Both the position numbers and the translations under genes were made by a program. The notes beneath the pieces are model-generated. The model was not told where the DNA came from. It was given only the letters and a program-made list of their open reading frames with translations, and did not search any database. Of a stretch of 64,000 bases of DNA, positions 1-12,899 are shown one piece after another. This DNA is from Podarcis bocagei (lineage: Eukaryota), in NCBI GenBank assembly GCA_964188305.1, contig OZ076887.1. One strand, given 5' to 3'. Numbering within the stretch: position 1 is the first letter of the stretch; each line of letters starts with the position of its first letter.

Positions 1-186
1 TCCAGCGGGAAGGTAAACAGTGTTTCCGTGTGCTGCTCTGGTTTGCCAGAAGTGGCTTGGTCATGCTGGCCACATGACCCGGAAGCTGTATGCCGGCTCC
101 CTCAGCCAATAAAGCGAGATGAGCGCCACAACTCCAGAGTCGTCCGCGATTTGACCTAACGGTCAGGGGTCCCTTCACCTTTACCT
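1..186 (+). mobile_element. Sauria-type SINE, 3' half (cut by window edge)
   Basis: Reverse complement of the copies at 9101, 14548 and 56133. Ends GGGGTCCCTTCACCTTTACCT (ACCTTT-type tail). Confidence 0.9.
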
Positions 187-521
187 ATGCTTTGCAAAGC
201 AAGCCAGCATGTACTCTTGTGCACAACTGTTAAATTTTGTGTGCTTTAGTTAAATAGCTAGGTTGGTCTGAGGAAGTATTCTGAATTCTCATTGGTCTTC
301 CTTGGAACACTTAATGTTTTCAGTAGCGAAGTTAACCAAAACATGTAATCCTCAACATGCATATGTTTTGTGTCGCTGATTTCATCTCTGTTCTGTCTTG
401 TCTGTATTTCATCTGTATCTTCTGATAAATGAGAAAGAGCAAAGTAAATTGATGGTTATTCTGTAGTCTTCGTGAAATCTGCCTTGGCTCCTTTTTCTCA
501 TCTTTCATCTGCTTTGTACAG

Positions 522-599
522 ATGTCTTCCTCTGATGCTTCTCAACCTCTGGCATCTTCTCCTTCTCTGCAAGCTGCTTCTGAGAAAAACAAAATAGAG
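522..599 (+). CDS. SMAP1: SMAP1 internal coding exon (78 nt, phase 0-0), MSSSDASQPLASSPSLQAASEKNKIE; probable cassette exon
   Basis: Long pyrimidine tract + CAG acceptor (AG 520-521), donor GAG|GTATCT. Peptide matches the recalled mammalian SMAP1 segment ISSSDAPLQPLVSSPSLQAAVDKNKLE. Confidence 0.9.
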
Positions 600-1499
600 G
601 TATCTCCTCTTCCTTGTGTGCTTGTTGCATGCAGATGCTTTCTACGTTGAATTTGAATAATGTTGAAAAGTATTCTCTAGGCCAATCCCATGATTTGTCT
701 GTAAACATTTTAATTTAAACCACAAGTGTTATTGTACCCCTCCTTTTAAGGTAAACTGAAGAGATCCATTCAGCTAAACTTAACTTGCATGGTTGAGAGT
801 TGAGGTGGTGGTTGTGTCAATATCCCACCTGTTTCCTGTTCTGTTACAATAGTATATGGAGTTTTGATACCTTTCCACAGTTAGTGTTAGTGCAGGTGTA
901 ACGCTACACTGTTTTGAGGCTTGACAAGACAGGGGATGGTACTGAAACCCAAATTTCATTGTCTTCCTAGGGTACTTTAAATTACCTGGGTAAGACCTCT
1001 ACCATTTATCAGGAATTTTAATGGATGTGAGACACAGTCAGATTATGACATTGTACTATTACATCTGAAGAAAATATTTGAGAGCTTAGTGTGATCCTGC
1101 AATCCTCAGTGAGTGTCTTCTTGAAATCTATGCATTTGTCTCAAGAGCCAGACGTTGTGAAATACATAAGCAGCAACAAGCAAGTAAAAAAAGTCTTGGC
1201 CTAATATCTGCCTCTTCAACAGTCAGTTCCAGGCCAGGCAATTCAGCTGCTAAGTGGCCATTGGAACATCAAAGAACAAGGGAAACCACTTAAGTACACT
1301 TTTACCCTGTTACAGTAACTATTGTATTATTTATTTTATTGTATTTGCAATACATTTTCCGCCAGTTTCAGAGCTTCAGATAAGAGGCAAGGTATAAATA
1401 TGCCTAAGTAAATTAACATTATCTTGGATGAAACTATGGCTGTCAGTGTTTTAAATGATTATCGTATCTGAAACTCATAACAGAACATCTTTCCCACAG

Positions 1500-1580
1500 A
1501 AGGAAAAGGAAAAAAGGAAGGAAGAGAAAAAGAAAGATAGAGAGCCAGAAAAACCTTTGAAATGCTTAGGAGTTGAAAAA
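1500..1580 (+). CDS. SMAP1: SMAP1 coding exon (81 nt, phase 0-0), Lys/Glu-rich KEKEKRKEEKKKDREPEKPLKCLGVEK
   Basis: ttcccacAG acceptor, AAA|GTAAGC donor. Matches recalled SMAP1 KEKEKKKEEKKREKEPEKP. Confidence 0.95.
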
Positions 1581-2462
1581 GTAAGCTAATTTTTTCTCTT
1601 ACTAAAATATTTTTGTGTGTGTGTATATTGCTATTTGTAATGTGTATTTAAAATGCATGAAATAGAAGTCGTTTGAATAATTTTGAAAGCTTAAATATGA
1701 CACTGCTACCTAGCAGCATGAATTGCATGGAAATCTCAGCTGGAAATACTAATGAGACAAAAAAAGCTCATGACAGCTTCCATCAAATGTATCCACAAGA
1801 GAAAAGAAACTTCCATTCTCTCATTCTCGGATGGCCTTGGGTCTCTTCTTCCAGCTGCCTTTTCGTGCTAATAATAGCTGGCACAGGTTATCTGGAAAAG
1901 GAGAGTGATTTGCTGTGCCTTTTAATAAGAGGGAGCTTGGCCTGCATAAGATGACAGTATAGCAGGGTTCCAAATCTGTTTTAAATCATCCTGTACAGCC
2001 AACTGTTGCCAATTGCTCTTTTAGTTTTCTAGAGTGTTGTGAATTCTTCAGGGACAGTTATTGTTTTAACCTTGTACAGAGAAATGTACTAGAAATTAAT
2101 GGCGGCATGGAAGCTGCCCTATTCTTTGATCTGTACATGGGTACTAATTTGATCAAAGCAGTGTGTTTAGTTCAACTTATGGGAATGCAGTGAGTTCTAA
2201 GATGCTGTTGTTTTATTGTGAAGCACCCCCTTTTTGCTCCTATTGATGCTATTAATAAATAAAAGGATTACTTTTGTCCAGAAGAAAACTAGAGGAATGA
2301 AGAGTGCCGAGATTGTTTGTCAAAAGAATTGCTCTTTAAGTTGTGAAATAGAACATGTTTTACTACTGAAAGTGATAGTCCATGGATTCCTGAAGGAGTG
2401 ATGGCTGATCTTTTATTTTGAGCCTTTGTATCCAAGACCAGACCTCTTTAAGAATGATAGTA

Positions 2463-2702
2463 CAGTGATACCTCATATAAGAACAGTCCGGTTTAAGAAT
2501 GATTTGGTTTTCAAACTCTGCAAAACTGGAAATAGTGTCTTGGTTTGAGAACTTTACCTTGGTCTAAGAACAGAATCCGAACAGTGGAAGGGCATCAGCG
2601 GTGGGAGGCCTCATTAGGGAAAGCACGCCTCGATTTAAGAATGGCTTTGGTTTAAGAACGGACTTCCAAAACGGATAAAGTTCGTAAACCAAGGTACCAC
2701 TG
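2463..2702. mobile_element. Tc1/mariner-pogo-type MITE
   Basis: Ends TA|CAGTGATACCTC ... AGGTACCACTG. Internal repeated GGTTTAAGAA subterminal motifs. Confidence 0.75.
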
Positions 2703-2984
2703 TCTTGGGAACTACCTGCCAAGCTAGGCAAATAATCTTAACTCAGTATTTACAGTTAAACCATGTCACTCCTACTGTAGTTAGGGTTTTGTTTCCTGTC
2801 TCTCAGTTAACCTACAGTATACGTAGCCATTTTTTTCAGACCCTTATAAGATTTTTGGCTCAGCTTGTCCACTTCTCACATAGATGCTTCAGTCACTAAG
2901 CAGTGCTTGATGTTACCCTGAAGCAGGGCAAGCAGTTGCATGAACGACTTGTGAATCTGCTCTTTGTGCTTCTTATGCAGGCCT

Positions 2985-3150
2985 AAGAACATAGGAAGTT
3001 GTCTTATACTGAGTCAGACCATCTATATCAGTCTTGTTTCTACACTGACTGGCAGCTCTCCAGAGTTTCAGACAGAAATCTTTTCCAGACATCTTTACCT
3101 ACCTGGAGATGCCAGGGAATTCATGTGCTTTACCACTGAGCAGCAGCCCC
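2985..3150 (-). mobile_element. tRNA-derived SINE (same family as 45875)
   Basis: Reverse complement reads GGGGCTGCTGCTCAGTGGTAAAGCA...GGCATCTCCAGGTAGG...CAGTGTAGA...TTCCTATGTTCT. Confidence 0.65.
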
Positions 3151-6100
3151 TTCCACAAATCTTGATTGGGGTCTGTGTACATGGGTCTTTTGTGTTTGCT
3201 GCCTCTTGAAGGAATTACACATATTTGCTGTCCATGACCCTTTCCCACATCTTGTTGGAAAAATCGTAGGCACTCCCAAGCCCATCAGAAAGTGGGAGTA
3301 GACTTGGGATACCAAATCCAGTGATAAGTGGAACAGTGCAGATGGAGCATTGTCTGCATTGGAACTCCTTTCCCTAAATTCAGAACTGTGTGCTGGAATG
3401 GCCCCAGTTCAGCCATCCATGCTACAGGTTTCTCTTTCCCTTGTTTCCTTTTCACTAGGGTGAATTGCTAAGATAGTGAAGGACTTACATTGTGCTCCTG
3501 CTGAACCAAGGAGGCATAAAATGAAAGAGAGGTGAGATAGAGGCAGAAATGGAGCAAACACATATATATTTTTAATGAAAGAAGGAAAGGGTGTGTGAGA
3601 GAGTAGGATGAAGAAAGAAAAATGGAAGTAAACAGCGGCTTCAGACTTCAGGTTTATGAAGATTAGAATGTGGTTAAGATTAGATATGGTAAGACCTCTG
3701 GGATGAAGAAAGAGGTGATAGCTGAGAGATGGTGCAGACGAAGATGTTTGTGCCTGGGGAGAGGGGAAAGGGTAGCCTCTATGATCTGGAAAAAGAAAGT
3801 GCCACTAGGAAATGGGGCTGCAAATGTTTCAGTCTGAGAAACAGAAAAGGGGAGCAATACAGATGGACATGCAGACTGTGATGGTACAGAAGGAAAGGCA
3901 TCCTATTGAGTAAGCAGAGCATGCCAAGAAGATGGGAATAAAGAGGCTTAAGAGAAAGATTTCATGGTAAGGGTTACAAGGAAAAAGGAGGTTGGATTAA
4001 ACACGAAATTAAAATGACAACAAAAGTGCTTTCCAGTGATTATTCAGTTAACATAGAAGTTGCATTCAGAGTGATTAGACTTTCTGCATCCCTTTTCTAT
4101 AGCTAACAATTGTTTTCTCCTCACAGTGGGATGCAGACAGCATATGCATCTCACTGCAGGGAAGATTGTGGCATGCATGCCCTTCCAATGTTTCACCAGG
4201 GATTAAAATCATATGTGCAAGATCACTCATACATTGCCTTTCCCTCCTTCAGCAAAACTTCAAAGACATTCCTCATTATGTTGAAATTAGCTGTAACAAT
4301 GTTTGGTGTTTATATATTTTGTTTTATTACAACAAATACATTCGGGTTTTTCTTTTTTTAAAATTATTGTGTATACATTTTCCATTTTTCTACGTACACA
4401 CATTTTACCATCATACATAAATTTTGTTCTGATTTCCCAACCTTACCTTCAATGTTATTCTTAACAAACTAGGCTGGAGTAACAAACAGATAGGCAGCAA
4501 AAGATGTATTTGGATTTTTCATAGGAAAAAATCCCCCCCCCCATCTCACCTTTGTAGTGAGGGAGGGCTAAAAAAACATTCATTATCATGATAAAATTTG
4601 TGTTCTCTGAATCTTGGTTTGAGTGGCAGTTCTTGTTCACGCAGCAATTATGGATACTAAAAGATTAAGTGACAGCTTAAAGGCAAATAAAATTAATTTA
4701 TGTGGCCAGTAATCATAGCATCGTAGATTGGCTTCTGGCAGTGAGGGTCAGAACAAGTTACAAGCATTTTAATAATATGAACTGCAAATCTGCATTCTGA
4801 TGGAGTGAAACAATTGCTGGTAATTATCATAGTTGAATACATTTACAGAGAACAACAGCAGCATATATAGCTTATATAAGGAGATGGGAGAGGGCTGGAT
4901 TTTTTTTAATCACTAAACATGCATGTTCAGTATTCGTTCTCTATTCTCCAAAAGAATGTGTAACCAATGAAGGCAAGACAAAAGAATTTCCATGTTTACC
5001 AGAGCAGAGGCCCATAAAATATGCTGTCCAGGCTGCTTAATAGTCCATAAAATGTTTTGAACAGCCAGTGTAATCCTAAGAAATCCATGTTTCTAGCCCT
5101 TATAGTTTGACAGTGTCTTGGCTGGTGGGGTGGGGAGGGAGAAACTTCTAATATTTAATCTATATATCAGCCTGTCCACAAGTCCCCATCTCCAAAAGAA
5201 TCTTTAGTCATCTATCAATAGAAAATTGCCTACCACTCTGGTATGGGGCCAAAGTGTTCCAAGAAAGCCACACAAATACCTGCTGGAACTTTTAAGTATG
5301 ACATCATTTGCAAGTGAAAAAAAAGTTAAGTTGTCCTCTCATTTTTTGCAGTTCCTCTGCAGGCATACGTTGTCTCAATTTCTAGAATAATATGCCGTGG
5401 GGAAGGAGGAGAGTTGTATGGCTTTATAGACTAATACCTAAAGACCTTCAGCTGCCAATAAGCAGCCTGTCCACCCTTTATTCCTCCAGAAGCCGTGGCT
5501 TTTCCAGCAGTGGTGATTTATATGGCTTTCAACTTACCACTGAGACAAGGATCTTGAAAAATTAAGTTAAAGTATTCCTTCATTTTCTCCACTGAGGTTG
5601 AAAAATACTTCTTTTTGTAACCATCTTTTCAGCTTTTATGGAAGTAAATTATCAATTAATTCTACATAATACCATCAAAGGTAGTCCAACTAGAAAGATT
5701 TCCTTGCTTATTGATTCTCTTTTTGGTTCTCTGTAGAGTTATTACAGTTTAACTGCATCCATTAGAATATATTTCAAAAAGTGTTCATAGTGAAATTCAT
5801 AGGCTGCATTGCCTAGCTGTTCTGGTGTTATTAATACAGTCCATTGAATACATGACATTTTTCGAACACTTTGCTCCTTAATGTCTGTGGGTCAGAGAAG
5901 GCTCTGAGAGTGACTTTTGTGATCCAGGATGTGTTGTGAAATCATTAATTCCCATGTTGGACACTGCAAAACAAATAACTGCTCAAGCCTGCTTGGCACA
6001 TCTTATATTGATCAATTGCCTGCTTTTGTGCTAGCCTAGAAAGAAACAAGGAAAGAAAACTGAATGCTGCTATTTCCTCCTTCTTTTTGATGATTTATAA

Positions 6101-7691
6101 ATAAAATAATGATAGCATAACCATTTATGGATGGAGCTAAATGAGCAAGAGGTGATGAAACAACAAAAATAGATTGAGGAATGTTAAGCCTGTAGTTAGG
6201 AAAAGTATATGGGTTTACCTTTAAAATCATGCAGACCCAGCTGTGTGGATTTATTTAGATATTTTAAAACATTATTTTAAGCTCTTCACTTAATGGTCTT
6301 AATATGGTGGTATTTCCAGAAGTGCATGGATATATTGTGGTTTTGTGGCATATTGCTGTAACTGCATCAGTACTTGAGTCTGTGGGAAAGAATATCAAGA
6401 AGTCCAAGATGCTGGTCATTGGAACATAGGTAGAGTTCTATCCCAGCATAGTTCAGACAGGATGCTGGACTGGATGAGATGACAGCCGTTTAATACATTT
6501 AACTCAAGGGCCACACTGGTTTACATTAACTACACAGCAGCATCTCCTAGATGGTAGCCCTTCTAGGAGAAGGAAAACTGATCCTAAACCTCTGCTGCTT
6601 TGTCGGATATCTTCAGTAGAAGAAAAAAGCTAAGGTGTAAATCCTATACAAATCTGGAGTGGAACCCCTAAAATGGTTGGATGGTGCATTGTACGCCTCC
6701 TTCTACTGCAGCCAAGCTGGTGCCAAACATACTGCTCTGTTTTCCTGATCACATCAGTGGGGTTTTGTCATCTGGGCATCCAGGGAGATCCAGACTCACT
6801 GGCTAGGCTTGCATTCTGGGGAGGTCACTTTGATGCTGCTAACACAGCGGTTTGACTTCACCCCGGAGGCACAGTTCATTGTCTCTTGAGATAGACTGAT
6901 GCCAACATTCTGATATGATGCTTTGAAGATAAATCTGATCATGTGCCCCAGAATTAGTAGATGCTTGCATTGATGGACACTAATGTGTATGTAGCAGACT
7001 TATGATTTGATCAATTAATTAATTAAATTGCTAAGCTGAGTCTTTTGCAGGAGTCTACTAAAAGATGAGAAAACTCAAATGGATTTATAAGGAACTGACT
7101 TATGTCTTAACATAGATGCATAAATAAGAATGTATGGTGCATAATGTAAGATGAATGTGTTTCCAACTCAAAGTAACAGCTTTGGTCACCTAGGGCAAAC
7201 ATCTATTAGTTTTATTCCAGTGGGTTTCTAAATTCTGCATTTATACTTTTAAGTTATTTTTAGTCTTATTGTATCTCCTGTATACCACTTAGAGATGACT
7301 GATTAAGCAAATTTGCCCCATATGTAAAGACTTCCATTGTAAGTGGACATATGTGATGCCAGTATATTTTAAGATATACCTGAGTTTATATATTGCTGTA
7401 ATTTGGATATGGGCAAATCACTGGGGTTGTTCATACAAAAGTTAGTTTACGTACTTTAACTTTCAGCTCGTTTTCATTAAATAGTAGTGTTCTCTACCTA
7501 TTTTAATGTATTCTTAATCTGTACAGATAAGAAGCAATAAACTAAGTAAATCAAGGCAAGAAACATGTAAGTGAACAATAGCTAAGTAGAATTTGGAACA
7601 AGGAATGTAGCTAATGAAAACTTGGAGAATTGGTGGGTTCAATTCTATAAGGAAAATGTTCCTTTGAAAACACTTTAGCATCCAGTAAATA

Positions 7692-7911
7692 CAGTGGTAC
7701 CTCGGGTTAAGAACTTAATTCGTTCCAGAGGTCCATTCTTAACCTGAAACTGTTCTTAACCTGAGGTACCACTTTAGCTAATGGGACCTCCCGCTGCTCC
7801 GCCGGAGCACGATTTCTGTTCTCATCCTGAAGCAAAATTCTTAACCCAAGGTACTATTTCTGGGTTAGCGGAGTCTGTAACCTGAAGTGTATGTAACCCG
7901 AGGTACCACTG
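7692..7911 (+). mobile_element. Tc1/mariner-pogo-type MITE (orientation arbitrary)
   Basis: TIR CAGTGGTACCTCGGGTTA / TAACCCGAGGTACCACTG, TA target duplication on both sides. Confidence 0.9.
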
Positions 7912-9100
7912 TACTTTCCCAAACCTTGGTTAAGGTTGGCTTCCTTGAAGAAGGGAAAAATATTTTTCTTCCACAGTGGAGTGGATATTTTCCTCTTTCC
8001 TGGTAGGCAGTTTTATATATCACTCAATCTCTTAACTTGAGAAAACATAGGCTTGTACATAATGCCAAACAAATTATTTTCTTTTTATTGCTAATTATGT
8101 AGAACCTAGTCGAGAACCTAGAGCACAACTTAGATAATGGTTCATGTTTATTGACAGCTGATGCAGTCATTTGTGTTTAGGGCTGTTTCTAAAAAGGAAC
8201 CCAAAGGATTTGTATTGCTTCTTTAAGCAGCATTTATATTCATGAAGGCCTCTCACCCAAGCACATAATTAGCAATAAAAAGAAGTACCTGCTCCTTTAG
8301 AAGGAGAAGAACCCCAACCAGCCAGAGCAGGCAATTGGCCAGGCTTCTGGACATGGGAGTGACCTACCCACAAAATCTCAAATCTTCCCAGGATAAAATC
8401 TCAGTTGATTGGTTCTCGTTTACTCCACCACTGCATTCAATAACTGCTTCAGTGCTTGCACTGCCTCTCCTGATTCAGATATTATGGAGAAATAAAGAAA
8501 TGTTAACTGACAAGGTTGCACTAGTACTATACATTTATATATTTTGTTAACAAAAAGGGCTGAAAGGTGTGTTGAACAGCTTTTTCAGATGAGAAGCTTC
8601 AGCATGAGTAATAGCTTTTTTTAAATGTATGCTTATTGAAGTAAGTGGTATGAAAAGGGCATATGAGCTGTCAGAGAAAAATATCTGCAGGCCCATTGAA
8701 GATTTATAGATTTATAGAAAACATTACTTTCTTGCCTTAAGGGAGTTCTCAAATGTTTAGGCAGTCATTTATAAACGTTATTGCCATCAGTGCAATAAAG
8801 GGGGAATGAATCCAGTTACTTTTCTATATAAACATAGTTTATTCTTAATGAGAGTAGAAGAAGGTTTTGTTCAATAACTTTGGAAGCCTTAAATTAGTTC
8901 CAAACTTGGTAGAAATCAACCTTAAATATTTTAAAGAAAGCTTTTTGCAGTAGCACATTAGAAGATGAACTTATTAGAAGAGTTCTTATTAGAGGCAAAA
9001 TGTTTAAAGCAAATTAGACATCGAATGAGCATCTAAATTTTGACTTTGAATTTGGTAAACTACATTCTGTCACTTCCTGGCTGTTTCTAAAGTGGCTATT

Positions 9101-9401
9101 AAAGGTAAAGGGACCCCTGACCATTGGCCGAGGGAACCGGCGTACAGCTTCCGGGTCATGTGGCCAACACGACTAAGCCTCTTCTGGCGAATCAGAGCAG
9201 CGCACAGAAACGCCGTTTACCTTCCCGTCGGAGCAGTACCTATTTATCTACTTGCACTTTGATGTGCTTTTGAACTGCTAGGATGGCAGGAGCTGGGACT
9301 GAGCAACGGGAGCTCACTCCGTCGCTGGGATTCGAACGGCCAACCTTCTGATCGGCAAGCCCTAGGCTCTGTGGTTTAGACCACAGCGCCACCCGTGTCC
9401 C
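9101..9401 (-). mobile_element. Sauria-type SINE with ~50 bp internal deletion
   Basis: AAAGGTAAAGGGACCCCTG tail end and tRNA-derived head with B box (GGGATTCGAAC on +). Lacks the AGGTCCAGTC...TTTATT block present in the other copies. Confidence 0.9.
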
Positions 9402-11877
9402 TACTAATCGTAACTTTAGAGAATACTTAATTTCTACTTGGATATGAGAACTTTCAGTACTGGAATGAAGCTTAATCCAGGCAAGGCAAAGGTACTAATG
9501 ATCAGTAGAAATGCTGCCTTGGCATTGGAAGTAAAACTTGTCCCAGTGGAGTTTAGACTGGTCTCTTCTGTTTTTTAGGTGTGAGGTTAAGACATGTTCA
9601 TTTCACCAAACTTTTAGTCTTAATACCTATGGAGTTTTTTGCTTTCTTTTGTTTTAATGGTCTTAGGCTCTTAATGCTCTCCATTTTAAAATATATTGAG
9701 ATTTCACTGTTAGTAAAAGAGAATAAGGAACAGTATAATCATATAAGCGGCTTACAGTTACTGAAGCATACCATTTTATGTTACTCAGCCCAGCACTCAA
9801 ATTGGTTGAAAATCACTGCGATTTCAGCTCAAATTTAGCACCATTTCACCAAGTGAAACCAGCCATTTTATTTGTAGCTCTTTGTAGCACTCCTCCCCCT
9901 CCCTCTTTCTCTCTCTGAATATTTAGCGTTAGGTTAGTCTGGAAAATTTTAGAAAAGTTTTTGGGTTTTTTTTATGGCCAGTACTACTGTTTTGCTTCCA
10001 CAACAGACTTTTGCTTGCACATTAGAATTTACCCCTCTCCTCTTCCCCAAAGCTTCCCATGTACCATCCACAAGGTTGAGGAACCCTCTGGATAAGCCTT
10101 TGGGGCCATGCAGGGAGAGGAAAGGAAGGGTAAATCCAATTGCATGAGCAGAAAGCCACTCGTGCTGTATTGGATACAACCCTTGAGTTCCACACACATT
10201 TTGGGGGCTGCCACTGCTGAATAACGCACAGTCGCTCTACCTGCTCTGTACTGTTGTTGATACCAAAGCTAATAAGAGAAAGGTTCTGGTAGCCTTAGCT
10301 TTACTAGAGTTTAAAACATTGTAAAATTAATTTTCTGCAGAGGTTTGGGATATAGACTGCCCTATGTGATAGAAGGCCCAGTGGATTACATTCAAGTTGT
10401 CTAAAGGTTCATTTGAAATAATCTGGACATTATCTGGTCTTAAGTATAATATTTTTACACCTTAAATCTTAGTTTTTCACTGTGAAGGCTGTATTGGATC
10501 AATGAACTCTTTCGAGCAGCTTTAAATATCTCCTGTGGTGCTGGCAGCAAGGACATGTTGAACTTAGAAGAGCAATTATCCTAGGGAGCAGTATGTGGCT
10601 TGACTACATTATGTTGTTCTACTGACGATTGGTATTTTTCTATTCTCTGGAAGAATCGTAATGGCAAGTTCTATAATGCTTTTGTTCTCCAGCTGCCGTG
10701 ATCAGTTCCATATTGTGTGATGATCATATCCTAGTAAATTAATCCTTGGAGTTGTATAAACCCAGCCAAGTATATACAACTATATTAATTGGCAATATTA
10801 TTATTCTAGGTTTATTAAGGTTCAAACTAAGCAGGGCTCCCTGCCCCCATTTAATTAACATGGTATTATAGTAGGACTTTTTCTTGTTGCAGTAAAATAT
10901 AATAATACTGTGTGGAATGACATTTAAAAAACCCCCCACTAAATTCGTAAGCATACCATTTAACAGATTTGCTGTAGACTTTTCATCAAAATAGGTTTTG
11001 CACCCTTCCTCCTCTCAGCTTGGTTCATTGAATGGGTGCAATGGTTGAGCTGTTCAAGCTCCAAATCGATAATATAATTTCTTAATTGTCATATTGATGT
11101 TTCAGTTGAAGGAGCACTGTGTTTGAGGTGGTTTGAATATTTTCTCTATGATCTTAGATATGTAATGTCCATTCACACATGTAACAACATAGTGCTTGTG
11201 ATAAATAAAGCCACTTGTCTGTAAGAATATGAAAATTGTCCCAAGCATCTTTTCAGTATTTTTATCCATTTCCTGTAATCTGACTGGAATGCACTGTAAT
11301 ATCATCAAGTTTAAAATCTTCCTTGGAGGCCCTGTTTCACATGCCCTTTCTCACTGAAGTATGGTTGGTGGTGATATGGTAATACCTTCTTAACAGTGCT
11401 GCCAAATTTATCAAACCCTTCCCTGTCACTTACGGCAGTTACCCAAGGTGGTGGCATTCGTTTGCTCTTCAAAGTACTATGACTGGCTTAATTTTGCTCC
11501 TGCTGTTGATGTTTTAGATGTCTGTAGGTGTTGCTGCCAGTTTTAATTATACTGCCTGGACTGCTGCTTTTAATGTATTATTTTAGCGATTATTGGGTGC
11601 CTTGTAGATTTTTAAATAAAAAGGCAGCACATAAGCATTCTAATAATAGTAGTTGCTTCATCTACAGCCACCCTATGCTTCCTAAAGGGTTTTGCTTTAC
11701 AACTGCAGTGTTCAGGCTTTCAGTTTAATATAATGTAGATATGGATTATGGTAAATATTAATTTTCAAAAATATAAATTCTCAAAAATACATAATTTACT
11801 CTGCCCTTTGCAGGAAGTTGTATATCTGTTTTCGACTTCTTGAAACTGATCTCCACTGATTGGTTTAATTGAATTTA

Positions 11878-12899
11878 CCGTATTTTTCGCTCTATAGGAC
11901 GCACTTTTTCCCCTTCAAAAATGAAGGGGAAATGTGTGTGCGTCCTATGGAGCGAAGAAGCCATAGCCCCGTGACCCTCTCCCGGCTGGAGAGGTGGCGC
12001 GCGGCTATGGCAGGAGCCTCTTTAGCCGCACACCACTTCTCCAGCCAGGAGAGGGTCGCGGGGGGCTTCTTTAGCTAAACAAGCCCCCCGAGACCCTCTC
12101 CCGGCTGGAGAGGCGACGGGCGGTTTTGGCAGGAGCCTCTATAGCCGCACGTCACCTGTCCAGCCGGGAGAGCACGCGCGTGGCTAAAGCAGCCCCCCGC
12201 GACCCTCTCCCAGCTGGAGAGGTGACGCGCGACTATGGCAGGAGCCTCTTTAGCCGTGCACCACCTCTCCAGCCTGGAGAGCGAGCACGCAGCTAAAGCA
12301 GCCCCCCGGGACCCTCTCCCGGCTGGAGAGGTGACGCGCGACTACGGCAGGAGCCTCTATAGCTGCGTGTCACCTCTCCAGCCGGAAGAGCACGCGGGGG
12401 GGCTATGGCAGGAGCCTCTCCGCTGTGCACCAGCTCTCCAGCCGGGAGAGCGAGCGCGGGGCTAAAGAGGCTCCTGCCGTAGTCGCGCGTCACCTCTCCA
12501 GCTGGGAGAGCGCGCGGTGGGCTATGGCAGGAGCCTCTCCGCTGCACGCCTTTCCCCGCTCCCCGACCTGCTCTTTGGGGCTGGTGGTGGGCTTCCCCCT
12601 GCCAGCCCCAAAGAGCAGGTCGAAAGGAACCTGAAGCCTGGAGAGCCCACTGACCCCTTTCGCTCTCCAGGCTTCCAAGGTAGCCGCCTGAAGGCGACTG
12701 AACGCACCTTAAACGGCACCTTGTTTTAGAGGGGGAAAACAAGAGGGGGAAAATTCTCCCCCTCTCTGCGCAGCGCCTCCTGCCGCTTCGCTGAAGGGGT
12801 GCTGGGCAGAGAGGGGGAGATTTTTTTTTTCTTGTTTCCCCCCCTCTAAAACAAGGTGCGTCCTATTGTCCGGTGCGTCCTATAGAGCGATAAATACGG
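11878..12899. mobile_element. Non-autonomous DNA transposon (CCGTA-ended, Tc2/pogo-like) with internal tandem hairpin array
   Basis: 27-bp TIRs CCGTATTTTTCGCTCTATAGGACGCAC (26/27 identical), TA on both flanks, no transposase ORF, GC-rich internal repeats. Confidence 0.9.

Noticed and set aside
600-1499. U12-type intron suggested by GTATC at the donor
   Set aside because: GTATCTCC is not GTATCCTT and there is no TCCTTAAC branch site near the acceptor; treated as a weak U2 donor.
6545-6905. Retroposon-like fragment
   Set aside because: Resembles a squamate interspersed repeat, but I cannot name the family or find a TSD, so it is not called.
11973-12540. CRISPR-like look of the regularly spaced palindromic repeats
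   Set aside because: Intervening sequences are themselves repeated rather than unique spacers, the context is a eukaryotic intron, no cas genes are present, and the array is enclosed by transposon TIRs.
11869-12742. Cluster of ORFs with repeated peptide motifs
   Set aside because: Products of the GC-rich tandem repeat; no transposase or other domain.
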